NCBI GenBank assembly: GCA_964016885.1
Contig: OZ024743.1
Location: 372,124,001-372,188,000, forward strand
Reading direction: 5' to 3'
Origin: Eledone cirrhosa
Lineage: Eukaryota
Length of the DNA stretch: 64,000 nt
Shown: positions 12,597-26,764 of the stretch, one piece after another
Numbering within the stretch: the first letter of the stretch is position 1
Layout: every line of letters starts with the position of its first letter
Notes under the pieces: generated by a model
The model's database searches: none
The model's input: only the letters and a program-made list of their open reading frames with translations
Told to the model about the DNA's origin: nothing
Position numbers and translations under genes: made by a program

Positions 12597-15500
12597 TTCT
12601 TTATTAACCACAAGGGTTTACATAAAGTAGACATTAAGGACAGTACAGGACAATACAGGACGGTACAAATGGGCATTTCTGCGTGTAAAGAACAAAAACA
12701 GAGGATGTAACAAAAAAATAACAATGAAAAATTCCCCAATAGGGGGGAGACTTCGGAGGGACATTTGTGGAGAAAGCCCAGTAAAAGGCCACAGTGACCC
12801 TGACCACCAAGGCAAGTGCCCTCTCCCAGTTTTCTACCTTTAATTTACAGATACGTACTCAGAGTAGGCCCATTCACTCGGGCCATACTTGCTTCTCTCA
12901 CCCATCTTTCAACAAAATGCTGGGAAGAGAGCACTTCCCTCTCTACCCTGATTTTCCTTTTTAAATGAAATTTGAAAAAGTTAATCAGGGCATCACCGAA
13001 GAGGTAAGTGCTCGTCTTCAGCTCTTTCAAACGTGTCCACCATACTATCTCTTTCTCCATGGCCACCAGACAGATAAAAACTGCCTGCCCTTCCCGGCTA
13101 AAGGAAGAGGGCGGGGCAATCCTCACGATGGACTCAGGTGATAGCTGGATATGTCCTACACTGGACGAGTGCGTGCAGGACGGTTTCGTCGCCCTGCGCG
13201 CATCTCGGACATGCTCGGATGACTGCACCTCCATGCCTGTAGAGTTTATCCCGAACTGGCAAAGCTCCCCGGTAGCACTGCCAGGCCAGGGATTTCTGGA
13301 AGTTGTCCATAGGCCCCGGCCCGAAAGTCCGTCCGAAGAGTAGCCAGGTCCTCATCTATGAAGCCTATCTAAGTCAAGCACACAGATCACGAATTTGTGC
13401 TCCGTGTAGCTGACTATCTTGAATTGTGGACAGCCTATGCTAGACCTATCTATTTCTCTACAAAATACTCTATCTAGATATGATCTGGATGACCCTATGC
13501 AATTTGTCCAAGTCCACATTGGCACATTCGGGATATCCAATCGGTACCTGTCAGACAGTTCAAAATGCCTGAGCAGGTTGGTAAGGCTCTTGCACCCTCC
13601 TCCCCTATCTGCTAATCCCACACAGTCTCAGCGTGCATCTAAGGTCCCGTTCCAGTCGCCCACTAACACTAAAGAGCGGGACGTTCCAAGAAAGGTCTGC
13701 AGACGCTGGAAGAAATCAGGCCGCCCTGCTCCTGTCGGGGCATTGATGGCCACTAGCCTGAAAGCTTGCCCATCTCCACTGGTCACGTCCAGCACCACCA
13801 ACTTACCTTCTGGGTCCAGGAAGATGGCCCGTATGGTGAGATCCAAACCTCTCCGAAAAAGCACAGCAACTCTACCCCCCGATCCCGGACGGCTGGGAGA
13901 TGCGTACACATCGTAGCCGCCGAAGATCGGTGCGAAGGCCCGTGCTTTGGAGATTCTGGTCTCGCTGATGGCCACTACATCTATGTTTAGTGACCTGAGG
14001 TTGTTGAGCAGGTGGCCCTGCTTCCATGACGACCCCAAGCTACGCGCATTTATGCTGCCTATTCTGAGTGAGGTCATGTTGAAATGGAGTGGAAAAGATG
14101 GGAAAGACCACTTACCTTACTTCTTGTAGAGGAAGAATGGTTTCTCCATCCTTTTCACTGCTTGTGGCCTCCTCCAGAAGGATGTCCTTATAAATCCTCC
14201 TGGAGAGTGTTTGTCGGAAGTCTCCGATGTCTTTGGGGAATTTTTGTTTTAGTGTCGTGTACGTTTTCTGTGTGATGGAGTGATTTGTATGTGTGGAGGT
14301 GGTGTGAACTTTTGGGTTGTTGTGTAGTCTCTTTCTGTGATGCTGGTGTTGTGTTGGATGTAGTGTAATAATTGGTTGTTGTTCAAATTTAATGCTGTGT
14401 AGTGTGTATCGTTTTGGTTGTTTTGTTTTGTTTGCGTTTGTTGTGGGTTTGTTTCTGTTACGCTTTTTCGTGACTTTTGTGGTGTTGGTGATGGTGTTGG
14501 TGTTTGTGGTGATGGGGTTGGTGATGCTGGTGTGGATGGTGGCATATCTGTCCTAACTTTTTTGTTTGATAGTTTATTTGTTTCCCTCTGTATTTTGTTT
14601 TTGGAGGGGGAAGGAAGAGAATTTTTTCTTTTTTGGTTTCTTTTTTCCTTTTTTCCTGATACTGTTTCCCACTCCTCGTCTTCACAATCTGTCTCCAGTT
14701 GCGATAGGCCGGGGAGTGGAAAATCCTCCACAGGCGTTGGTTTTGGTTGTGGCGTGGTGGATGGTGTAGATGCTGGTGCTAGTTCTGGCGCGTTGGGTGG
14801 TGGTGGTGGTGTTGGTTTTGCTACTGTTGCTGCAGTTGTTGCTGTTACAGTTGCTTCTGTTGTTGCTGGTGTTGATGGTTGAGTCACTGGGGTGGGTAAG
14901 AGAGGTGGCCTCAACCTTTTAGCCTGAGGGCAGAAAGCCCTTAGGTGGGTTCCTTCACCACAAATGACACACCCAGGCCTTCTGCCCTCGACGATTACGG
15001 TGAGGTGGCTGCTGTCAGTGACGTCTATTACCTCTGGGATCTCCTCAATGCTTTTTTGGTCCGCTTGGATCAGGAGCTCCATCCCAGATCCGGACCAGTT
15101 CTGCTTTTCTTTCACTGTTTCGATTATCTTGGTGTTGGCCTCGATGCTGGCGAAGACGGCAGCCATTAGCCAGGGAGTGTTCTCTGGCCTCCTGTGGTGT
15201 TTCAAAGAACACGTCCACAGTTTCATATTTCTGCCTACGTCTGATGTGGGTTTTTTTTGCCCACACATGTCCCAAAGCTTTTTGGATTTGGGACTCGGAT
15301 GCCCGTTCCACTCGGCGCGATTTTATGTTAATTGTCCGATAAGATACGGTGCATAGGCGACGATGCTCCATTTTATTAGGTGGGAGGGTGAGGCTGACCC
15401 TGTACCCATCTTTCTTTACCATTCTTTTGGCTTCTTCTAATTCCTCCTGAGTTACCTGGATCGCTTCGCACGTTTTTGCTACTCTCGCAAAAGACAGGGT

Positions 15501-16092
15501 AGTTTTCTTAATTTCATTGTTGGTGTTGTTGTTATCGTTATTTTTGTTATTGTTAATTTTAGTTTCAGTTTTGGTGGTGGTGGCGTCAGTGGTGTTCGGT
15601 GTGGAAGAGTTCATTTTGGTTGAATTCATTTCGATATCACGAGTTAATTTATTTTTTTCTTTTGTTTCTGTTGTCGCTGTGGTGGTGGTGGTGGGGGTGG
15701 CGGCTTTAACACCTGCAGTCATTAGTAATGGCACAAAATGAATGTCTGCCTGAGACAAATTATAAATATTGCTACTGATTATATTTTTACTGTTGGCAAA
15801 CGTAGTAATATTTACAATGGTGGTGTCGGTGTGAGGTGTTAATTTGTGAGAAAGGTGTGACTCTGAGTCAGCCATGATTTTTCAAAGAAATTTTATTTTG
15901 TTTGATAATTATAAAAAGTTTAAATTTTGGGCTCAAGGCCCCAATCGTTTTGAGTGTCCTTTTCAGAAATCAATGTATGTGCACTTATATACAGTTAACA
16001 ATAAAAATTTTCCATAAATGGCAATTTTAAACAACTGAAAATAACAAACCTTTGCGGAGCTCACGATGATATGATTTACTACGTAGGTCGCC
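12597..16092 (-). mobile_element. Tx1/L1-like LINE, copy 1: ORF1 plus APE endonuclease, RT internally deleted
   Basis: ORF1 split in two (15045..15875, 14249..15268) with a CX2CX4HX4C knuckle (CVICGEGTHLRAFC). ORF2 from 14077 has APE motifs (IGSINARSL, ISET, VGDWN, LDRVF). C-terminal zinc finger CPRC..ETVLH. Flanked by (TAA)n on both sides. Confidence 0.85.
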
Positions 16093-16098
16093 AATAAC

Positions 16099-16143
<45 letters not shown>

Positions 16144-16267
16144 TGTTTCTACTTTTGGCACAAGGCCAGCAATTATCCCAGTACATTACTGGTACTTTAT
16201 TTTATCGACCCCGTAAAGATGAAAGGCAAAGTGAACCTCGGCGCGATTAATCATAATAATAATAATG

Positions 16268-19105
16268 CTTTCTTTATTAACCACAAAGGTCGACATAAAG
16301 TATAACATTAAGGACAACACAGGACGGTGCAAATGGGCATTTCTGCGTGTAAAGAAAAAACAATGACAAAGGAAATAATAAAAAAAGAAACAAAGTTTCC
16401 CCAACAGGGGGGAGACTTCTGAGGGTCACTTGTGGAGAAAGCCCATTAAAAAAGCCACGGTGACCCTGACCACTAGGGCAAGTGTCCTCTCCCAGTTTTC
16501 CACCTCCAATCTACAGGCGCATACTCAGAGCAGGCCCATTCACTCGGGCCATACTTGCTTCTCTCACCCATCTTTCAACAAATTGCTGGGAAGAGAGCAC
16601 TTCTCTCTCCACCCTGATTTTCCTTTTCAGATGACATTTTGAAAAGTTAATCAGGGCATCACCGAAGAGGTAAGTGCTTATCTTCAGCCCTTTCAAATTC
16701 ATCCACCACATGACCTCTTTCACCATGGCCACCAGGCAGATAAAAACTGCCTACCTTTCCCGGCTAAAGGAAGGCGGCAGGGCAATTCTCACGATAGACT
16801 CAGCTAATAGCCAGATCTGTTCTAGATGCAACAGCATGTATTCGACATAAACCCACAAGTCAGCAATGCTCGGACACTGGACAAGTGCATGCAGGATGGT
16901 TTCGTCACCCTGCACACATCTCAGCCAAGCCCAGCTGATGGTACTTCCATGTCAGTAGAGTTTATCCCGAACTGGCAAAGCTCCCCAGTAGTACTGCCAG
17001 GCCAGGGATTTCTGGAAGTTGTCCATAGGCACCGGCCCGAAAGTTCTCCCGAAGAGATTGGCTAGTTGATTCTCATTGATGCCCAGAGTCTCCTCAAGGA
17101 TGTTGTCGCTGTTTCCCTCTACTAACCCTTTAACACTGAGGTGGAGTTTCCACTGATTGCATTGGCCAATTGGTCGAGGGCTGTTAGCGGCTGAAGACAT
17201 TCCAATCTCCAAGTGCTCCCTCATGGTCTTCGCTTAACCCAGGACTGCAGCTCCATCAAGGAGACGAGCTGGAGAAAAACGTGTCTAGCAAACAGGCCAC
17301 CTGATCATTGGAGCACATCACTACCACAAAAAGAAAAAGAACAAATGTTCCAATGCAGTCAGGCGACGCTTAGGACAAGGTACGACGGTCAGGCAGTAGT
17401 AGATGACGGACATGATGTACACGTTCGTCACCTCCGCTCGACCTTTCCGGGAGAGCTTCCTCTCGGCCCATTTTTAGGTGAGAGAGGCCACCCTGTTCGT
17501 CACCTCATCCCAGTTTTTGTCTATCTGGAAGTCTGGACCGTACCAGACCCTTAGCTATTTAACCGGTCCGTCTGTCCAGCGTCCGACGATGCTTTTGGAT
17601 GACATGGACCTGCCTTTCCAGGTGCCGAGCCGCACGTCCATCGACTTTTCCTGGTTAATCATTGCTTCCGTCACCGCCTCGTATTCTCTTAGTGTAGTGC
17701 CGATCACCTCGATGTGTTTGGCGTTTGACACCACTACGGTGACGTCGTCTGCATATGCTGACATGTTTCTCTTGCATCCTAGTTGGCGCAGGATGCCCCT
17801 CAACGTCTCCAGTTTGTGCAGTAATGACTCGTGAGTCAATACGTACAAGACGAGAGGGGACAACCTTGGCAGATCGAGCGCATGATGTTGAATGGTTCCG
17901 AAAGGTGAACGTTCACTCTCACCACAGAGCAGATGTTGCTGTGCATGACAGAAATCCAGCCTCTGAAGACAGGCCTAAAGCCGGCTGCCCACAGGACTTT
18001 CCACCAGATAATGATGGTCAACCCTATCGAAAGCTTTCGATTTATCTAAATTGATCAAGGACCCACCCATGCCAGGTTCCCTAGCTACCCTATCCACAAT
18101 GTATCCCATGCGGTAGAGGTTGTTGTAGATGGATCTGTCTGGAATGGCGCATGTCTATGCCTCTCCCACCAGACCACCAACGACAAGTGCCAACCTCTTT
18201 GTTAGCACCTTGGCCAAAATCTTGAACTCTGTGTTTAGGAGAGTTACCGGCCTGAAATTATCTAATTTGTCCCCCTTTTTCAGGTCCTTTCACAGCAGCG
18301 CTATCGCTCCTCAGCTCACAGAGCTGGGAATTCTCCCGTTCTGCTGCCAGTTGCAGTAGACGTCTGCCAAGAGGTTGCTGAACAAGTCTGGCATGTGTTC
18401 GTAAAGCTCATAGGGCAGACCATCCAAACCAGGTGATTTACGCATCGTGCAGTTAGTCGTTGCTACCTGTATTTCAGCAACTCTTATCAGCCTTTTGCAA
18501 CACTTGGCTTCAGTGGTTGAGAGCCACACCAGTCCATTGAGGTAGGTGTTAAAGTCCATCCTACAATTCGACCCACCACTGCCCCCGAACAACTGAGCGT
18601 TGTGCCCGTCATGGTTCTCCAAAGACTGGATTGTAGCTTTGTTTCCACAACGTACCTCTGCCACTTGAGCCCATCAAATGGCTTTCATCCCCTTGTTTCT
18701 GAGAGCACGTGCCCTAGCTCTGACAATTCAGGCTTCATGTTTTGCGTTGAAGAATTGGTCTAGGGCCAATTTCGTCGCAAGCACGTCGGTTGTGATCATT
18801 TCATCATTTCATTTTACGTCCGCTTTTTCCCTGCTTGCCTTTACTAAACGCCTTGTCTAATTTTCTAACTAGTTCGACCTCTGCTCTATTGCTAACGCCT
18901 TACTAAACCTAAAGGGCTTTTCAGAGCAAACCACCATTTGTTGTTGATGATTTTCCCCATCAAAGCCCACTTAACTAGTTCGCTAATCCAGTCTCTGTAG
19001 GTTTTGCGAGCTGTCAATGATGCTTTTAGCTTCCAGTAGCCGGGTCCGTCTATGAAGCCTATCTAAGTTGATCACACAGGTCACGAATTTGTGGTCCGTG
19101 TACTC
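16268..19105 (-). mobile_element. Tx1/L1-like LINE, copy 2: 5'-truncated, retains a disrupted RT
   Basis: KSPGLDGLPYE, QGCPLS, SAYADDVT motifs; 3' end matches copy 1. Confidence 0.85.
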
Positions 19106-19220
19106 CACCTTCCCAACACCACATTTACACTAACACAAATCAATCCCCAATCTATTTTTAGACTAAAGTCAATGACCTTGCAGCCTGCTACCAAACTTCC
19201 TTACTGTGTTGAATGTGTGT

Positions 19221-19266
<46 letters not shown>

Positions 19267-19659
19267 ATATATGTATATATGAATATATATACGGAAAACT
19301 ACTATCACCCCATTTACACCTCACACTCAACAACAAGAAAACTATAAAATGACAATATAGAACATAACGGAGAAGCAGCTCCAATAAACTACAATGCCAC
19401 CCTCCCCCCTAGCATCAATATCCCTGACACCACTCTTACTACAGGAACAGTTGAGAAAATTCTCTTACACCTCTTACAGCTGCAACCATAACAACATCAC
19501 CTCAATCAACAACAGCAATGGCCATAACTATACTGTTGTATTGGTAATAATGATTTCACTGTTGGCCAACCAATGCACCACCCAAAGAACCGGGAAACAT
19601 TCCATGGACTTCCAAATCCATGTGTATCGCAAGTATGTATTGCGGGAATAACAAATAAA

Positions 19660-22600
19660 TATTAATACAGAACACCAAATCGCTTGTCCTATGGTTAATC
19701 AGAAAGCCCGTCCCTCAGGAAAGTGCCAGATCGAAAAGTCCTCCCCTGGCACAAACTCTACTCCGATTATGGACCTGGATGGTCACTTGAACGGGGATTG
19801 CCCCAACTCGAGCCCCGGTTCCTCCACCCAAGCCACTCCATAAAGAAAAATGTAAAAGGATGAAACGGGCCCGAGAAGAGTATAAAGAAGTAATATATGC
19901 ATATTACTATGCATTAAGTAAGCCATCACAAGACAGACACACTGCAAACTCTTACAAAATTTGGAAAACATGGAATCACAATAGCAGATGTTATCTGGAT
20001 GAAAATAAGTTAGCAAATGTTTGGAGGGATATCTTCAGATACTGAAATAACAGAGCTCAAGCATGCTCTGGAGAATGACATAAATATCAGTGATGAAAGA
20101 ACTGAAGAATCTCCTGGAGATAGTAATTAGTCTCAAGTCTTTACTGAGAGACCTCCATCTGACCCAATCTCAAATAGGTTTGTAAAAGTGAGTAGTCCTG
20201 TTGAACCTGCTGAAAATAGCCAATAATGGGGTATAGAAACAGTACTGGAAGACCAAACTTTTGCTGAAGAACACAGAAAGTCTATGAAGGAATTGAAACA
20301 GAAAATACTGAATGAGCTTGCAGTTGTAAGACATACTAGTATAAATGATAGAGGACCACTTCAAAAACTCCCAAATACAATCCAAAATAAAAAACAAATA
20401 ATTGTTTCTACTTTTGACACAAGGCCAGTAATTATCCAAATACATTACTGGTACTTTATTTTATCGACCCCGTAAGGATGAAAGAATGATTGGTAACTCT
20501 GTAACAAAAGAAATCATAGAAGAATTCGAACCTGATCTTACTGAGTTAAATGAAATTATTTACGCATCTGCTAGGGTAATTGAAACAAGTTGTTTATCAC
20601 CGGATAGTCTAACTTGAGAAGTAAACCAATTTGGAGGAGTAGAATTGAAAAGGAGATTGACCTAATCAGAGGGGGAATATCATTCAATGGAATTATGAAA
20701 GATCCAAAAAATACACCTGACTGGATAGCAAGTGGCATTACCTGCCTTCTCCCAAAGAATAATAAAACTAAGGATCCAAAAAACTATTGGCCCATAACCT
20801 GCTTGTCCACCACTTATAAGATATTAACATTTATTCTCATGGAGAAAGGATATGTGTTTATGGAGGAAAATAATCTTTTCCCCATTGAACATAAAGGGTG
20901 CAGCGAGGTTCATATGGTTGTAAAGATCAACTCTTGATTAATCGTATAATCCTTGAGAACTGTCATAATAAACAGAAATCTTACTTCTGCATGGATCGAC
21001 TACAAAAAAGCTTTTGACAGAATACCTCACTCATGGATTCTGAAATCACTGGACATCTTCAAAATCTCACCTGTGATTTCAATATTCCTGAAACACAATA
21101 TGTCATTGTGGAACACAAATCTCCACTTATTTCATTCCAATGGAGTATTAAGTTCTAAGAATATAAAAATCAACTATGGCATTTTCCAAGCTGACTCACT
21201 TTCTCCCTTACTTTTTTGCAAAACTTTAATACCCTTTACATCTGAACTTAATAGAACAGGATACGGTTACAAAATTGACAAGAAAATAAGCCACCTATTT
21301 TATATGGATGATCTAAAGCTATATAGCAAAGACAATGACAAGCTTGAAGGCCTTTTGTGGACTATAAAAACATTTAGTGATGACATCAGGATGGAGTTTG
21401 GACTTGATAAGTGTGCCAAACCCACTTTCAAGAAGGGGAAGCTCGTCAACCCAAACTCAGTTGAATTAGATGCTGAAACAGTCATAAAAGATCTTGAGCA
21501 GGAACAAACCTATAAATACTTAGGGATTAATGAGGGCTCTTGCATTCAGCATGCAAGTATGAAAGAGAGGATAAGGAAGGAATGTTACAGGAGAGTACGC
21601 GCAGTTCTGAAATCATAACTAAATGCTCATAACAAGCTGTTAGCCATAAATTCCTTGGCAGTTCCAGTTGTCACTTATAGCTTTGGTGTGTTGAACTGGA
21701 ATATGAGTGAAATTAAAAGAATCGACACCAAAATCTGTAAGTTACTGACCTGTAATAGGATGCACCACCCAAAAGCAGATGTGGATCGTCTTTACCTTCC
21801 TAGAACTCAGGGAGTTCGTGGCCTGATCCAATTTTAACTTACCTACAAGACCACCACTATTGGACTGACCAAATACCTTGAAACAACAAACGACTGTATG
21901 CTGAATCTTGTTGAAATATATGAGAGAAGTAAGAAGCTTCATTCTATCTTGAAGGAGAGCAAAAAATATGCTACTAATCTCATGTTTGATCCCCAGGTTG
22001 GACAGACTGAGGAAACTGTTACAATTGTCGCTGCTAAGCACATAAAATTAATGGCAAAAGCATTTAGCATCAAAGTGGGAGCAGAAACCTCTGCATGGCA
22101 AATATGTGGCCCGTAGCAAACAAGCTGATGTTGACCAAAAGCACACCCATCAGTAGCTCAGGTTCATCTTAGCTGCCCAACATCAAATCTTACTGACACG
22201 GAATTACCAGGCCAATGTGATGAGAAATGGAGTAAATCCAAAGTGCCGATTCTGCAATGTTGAGGTTGAAACAGTGAACCGCCTAGTTTCTGTATGTAAA
22301 GTTTTAGCCCCAGTAGAGTACAAATATAGACATGACAGAGTTGGCCAATATCTACACTGGGTAATATGTTGGCATTATAAAATCGAAGTTGCTGAGAAGT
22401 GGTACAATCATCACCCTGAGGAGAAAAAGTAACAATTTTTTAGGACTTTCCTGTACAAATAGACCAGATATCATTGTAAAAGACCAACATAGCAAGGTCT
22501 GTTTACTGATTGATATGAACATCCCATGTGATCACAATATCACGGCAAAAGAATTTGAAAAGTTAAGAAAATATAAAGATCTGCTTATTGAAATTGCAAA

Positions 22601-22760
22601 AATGTGGCACCTCAAGGCCGTTACAATACCAGTGATTGTGGGAGGACTGGGAATGATCAAGAAAGGAACAGAACAGTATTTGTGAATGATTCCTGGTTTA
22701 CCCTCTCTGCACACGTATTGAGTAGAGCACTATCTCTGTAAGAATGATATCCCTCTGTAA
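19660..22760 (+). mobile_element. Dong/R4-like non-LTR retrotransposon (RT plus REL endonuclease), decayed, with a SINE fragment inserted at ~20395-20485
   Basis: WIDYKKAFD, GIFQADSLSPLLF, HLFYMDDLKLY, CRFC..ETV, RHD, NRPDIIV motifs across frameshifted ORFs. Confidence 0.85.
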
Positions 22761-23117
22761 GAATGTATGTGAGGATGTGTGTGTGAGCGAGTGTGTGCAT
22801 GCATGGATATCTTTTATTTAGATATACGTATATGTATGTGCATGTATGTGTATATATGTGTATGGGTATGTATTTGTCTCTGTGTGTGTGTATGCATATA
22901 TATGTGTATGTGCGTATGTGTGAGTATATATGTATGTGTACATGTATGTGTATATATGTATATGTGTGTGTATATATATTTGTGTGTGTGTGTATGTATA
23001 TATCTGTGTGTGTATGTATATATCTGTGTGTGTATATATGGGTGTATATATGTATATATGTGTGTGTATGTATATATCTGTGTGTGTATATATGGGTGTA
23101 TATATATGTGTATTGTC

Positions 23118-26100
23118 AAGGGAACTTGACAATGAGATTATCAGGTGAGGATCAATTCACAGAACAGAAGGGAGGATATACCTTCTATTGGAGTGGTAGA
23201 GCAGAGGGTTGTAAAAGAGAAGCAGGGGTCGCATTTGCTGTTAGGAATGGAATTGTCTCAAAAGCTGAAAAATCTTCCTTGTGGATTCAATGATCGGATA
23301 ATGAAAGTCCCTCTGATTCAAAACCGCTTTGTGACCTTGGTCAGTGTGTATGCTCCTATCATGTGTGCTAGTGATGATGAAAAACTAGATTTCTACATGT
23401 CTCTGAGAGAGGTCATCCATGGAATACCTTATGCAGACAAGATTGTCATCCTTGGTGATTTTAATGCACGTGTTGGTAATGACTGGGAAGCTTAGAGTGT
23501 GACAGGCAAGCATGGAATGGGAAAGTGCAATAACAATGGCCTACTTCTGTTGTAGATGTGCACTGAGATGGATCTTGTTGTTGGGAACATGCTCTTTCAG
23601 CAGAAAGACAAATATATGACAACTTGGATGGATCCAGGTTCCAAGAAGTGGCACCTTATTGACTTTGTTTTAACGAGGATACATGATGTCAGGGATATCA
23701 CATTGGTTCATGTATTGTGAGGCATGGAATGTTGAACTGACCATTGTCTGGTGCGCGCCAAGTTTCAATTTGTTGTGAAGCCCAAATTAAGGGGGAAGAA
23801 GGTTGCACTTCAAAAATTTCTAAATGTGGCTCGTCTGAAGACAGAAATCAGAGCTGAGCTGTTGAAATCTTTTGAGTCCATGGCATGTGAAAACATGTAG
23901 GAATCATTGATGAAAACCGTCTATGATGTTAGTGCTGGAGTTTTAGGTCATACCAATAGAAAGCATAAGGACTGATTCGATGAAAATGATCCAGTGATCC
24001 AGACCTTGCTTGAAGAGAAACAAAAATTTCTGACATCATTGTTGTGTGAGACACGTTCTGACAGGAGTGACCAGACCTTCAAGTAGATCAAGGCGCGTGT
24101 GCAACATCAATTGAGAGCCATGCAAGATATACCTGGTGGAGCCAAAAGGCTGATGAAATCCCAAAAGCCTCAGATAGACATGATACAAAGCTCTTATACA
24201 ATCTGCTCATGGAGGTCTATGGTCCAATCGGTCCACAAATATCACCACTTTGCTCCAAAGATGGCAAGGTATTGCTCAGATATCCGAAGGAAATCCTGAT
24301 CAGGTTGCATGACCACTTTGATGAGCTCCTTAACAGACCATCAGAAAACGATGATGAGTTCATTCGGTTGATTCCATCCAGATCTACAAAGCTGGCAATG
24401 GCTGACCCTCCTTCATTTGATGAGATGGCTAAGGCCATTGCCAAATTAAACAGTGGCAAGTCACCTGGAATGGATGGACTGAGTGCCGAGATCTTCAAGT
24501 GTGCTGGTGATAACTTATTAAACCACCTCACTGATCTCTTTGTGAATGTTTGGAATGAAGAAGATATACCACAGGACTGGAAAGATGCATTGATGGTGGT
24601 ACTTTACAAAGGAAAGGGAGCCAAAGATGACTGTGGCAACTACAGAGGTATTTCACTGTTATCTGTGGCTGGGAAGATCTTGTGCAGAATATTGTTGTAC
24701 AGATTAATACAGCATATTGCTGTTGAGGTACTTCCTGAATCCCAATGTGGCTTTAGGAATGGCAGAGGCACTGTTGACATGGTTTTCTCAGCCAAACAAC
24801 TTCAAGAGAAATGCATTGAGCAGCGCATGGACTTATACCAAGTTTTTGTTGATCTGACCAAGGCATTTGATACCATAAATCGGAAGGCTTTGTGGGTTAT
24901 TTTGGAGAGATTGGGCTGTCCTGAAAAGGTTGTGAACATACTGAAACTCTTCCACGATGACATGCAGGCATGGGTAAATATCGGAGGTAAACTGTCTGAG
25001 CCAATCTCGGTTGAAAATGGTGTCAAGCAGGGTGATATACCTGCACCAACTTTGTTTGCCTTGTATTTTGCAATGGTGTTCTTCATGGCCTTCAGGGATT
25101 GTCAACACGGTATCTATCTCAGATATTGCACTTCCGACAAGCTGTTTAACCTCAGGCGTATCACTGCCAACACTAAGGTACTGAGTACCTTGATCAGAGA
25201 ATTTCTGTATACAGATGATTGTGATCTCTTTGTATACTCCCAGAGTGATATGCAACACCTTATGGATTCTTTTTCCAATGCGTGGTGTGCTTTGGGACCA
25301 ACAATCAGTCTGAAGAAGACTGTCGTCATGTACCAACCTGCGCCCAATAAATTTTTCAACGAACATTCCATATATGTATACAGTCAAAAGCTGAAAGCTG
25401 CTGACAAATTTGTGTATTTGGGGAGTACTCTGAGTACAACCTGCTCCCTGGATGCAGAAGTTGGTCTGCGTTTTAGTAAAGCAAGTGAGTCATTTGAAAG
25501 GCTCAGCGACCGTCTTTGGTGCAGGAGGAGAGGATTCACATTGAAGACCAAGGTGAGAGTGTATGCTGCATGTGTACTGTCAGCATTGCTGTGTGCGTGT
25601 GAGACATGAGTTGCCTACAAATGGCATATCAAAAGACTGGAACGGTTTCACCAGCAGTGTCTCAGAAAGATGCTCGGTATCAAGTGGCAGATGCATGTGA
25701 GTGATGTTGAAGCCCTTGAGAGAAGTCAGTGTCGGAGCATTGAGCGTATCATCCACCAATGGCGTTTGCGATGGACTGGACACCTCTGCAGAATGGACGA
25801 TGATTGAATCTCGAAACAACAAAGGCTCCAATTCAAGGATTGTGTAAAGGGCTCATTGAAAAAAACTGGTTTGATGGTGGCTGACTGAGAGATAGAAGCT
25901 CTTGAAAGAGGAACTTGGTGTGGAATGGTGAATGATGGGGGTCCATAATTTTGAGGACAGACGCATAGAGCATGAGAAGATAAAACGGGATGTGTGTAAG
26001 CAATGCCCTGGTGTATTTCTCGAAATGGTCGGTGTCTCCATTGAATTGAAGTACCCTGAGTATGGAAAAATTTGCTTGAGCAAATTATGTCTCAGGAGCC

Positions 26101-26240
26101 ACACTCGCAACCGTGTTCAAAGAGGACCAGTGAACTATGATGGCAACCTGATGCAAGACCTGAAGCCACTAAGTCCAGAGTTGTCGTCAATGTGCGAAGG
26201 AGTGTAAGTCTCTAGCAGGATTGAAAAGCCATATCCAAGA
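23118..26240 (+). mobile_element. Near full-length RTE (BovB-like) LINE, decayed
   Basis: APE motifs YTFYWSG, GVAFAV, SVYAP, LGDFNARVG; RT ORF 24209..25609 with NYRGISLLS, PESQCGFR, FVDLTKAFD, GVKQGD, YTDD. Confidence 0.9.
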
Positions 26241-26450
26241 GGGCTCGATAAGGATAATATATATATAATATATATAAAACCGTAGAGCAAATATTTATAA
26301 AAAATAACAGATTAAAGTTTAAGCAAAGAATTGCTGCTTTCACCCTGAAACTAAAAAAAATCAATCTGTGGATGCAGAACTAAATATTTCGAAAAACGTT
26401 ACAACCGAAGGAAAACAGGAAGACGACACTTTGGTTCGTGAGGATGTTGC
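26240..26450 (-). repeat. Isolated copy of the PLE terminal segment also at 42830-43020 and, inverted, 44590-44760
   Basis: gagggctcgataaggata...aacagattaaagtttaagcaaagaat matches 42830-42920; the hammerhead core is deleted in this copy. Confidence 0.75.
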
Positions 26451-26764
26451 CTATTTATTATTATTATTATTTTTTTAAAGCTGTAAATTATAATCGATGT
26501 GGTGTGGTAACTGGCTTACCAATGTATACAGTGAATTTATTTGCTCTAGGTGTCAGGAAGACACTCGGCATATATCAGAAACAATTCTGAAGGAAAAGGA
26601 AAAACAATAAAAATAATAATAATCTTATGTTAAACATTTTATATTCAAAAAAGAAAATGTTTACAAGTGGAAGAAAACCCCTCTGCGTCCACTAATTACA
26701 ACAGCCAAATAACGTCAATATCACCACTGCCACCACCACCACCAATCCCATAATAATAATAATA

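Noticed and set aside
26515-26600. Possible 5'-UTR exon of the NRPS-like gene (minus-strand G|GTAAGC donor at 26519)
   Set aside because: A lone donor-like motif with no other support; needs transcript data.
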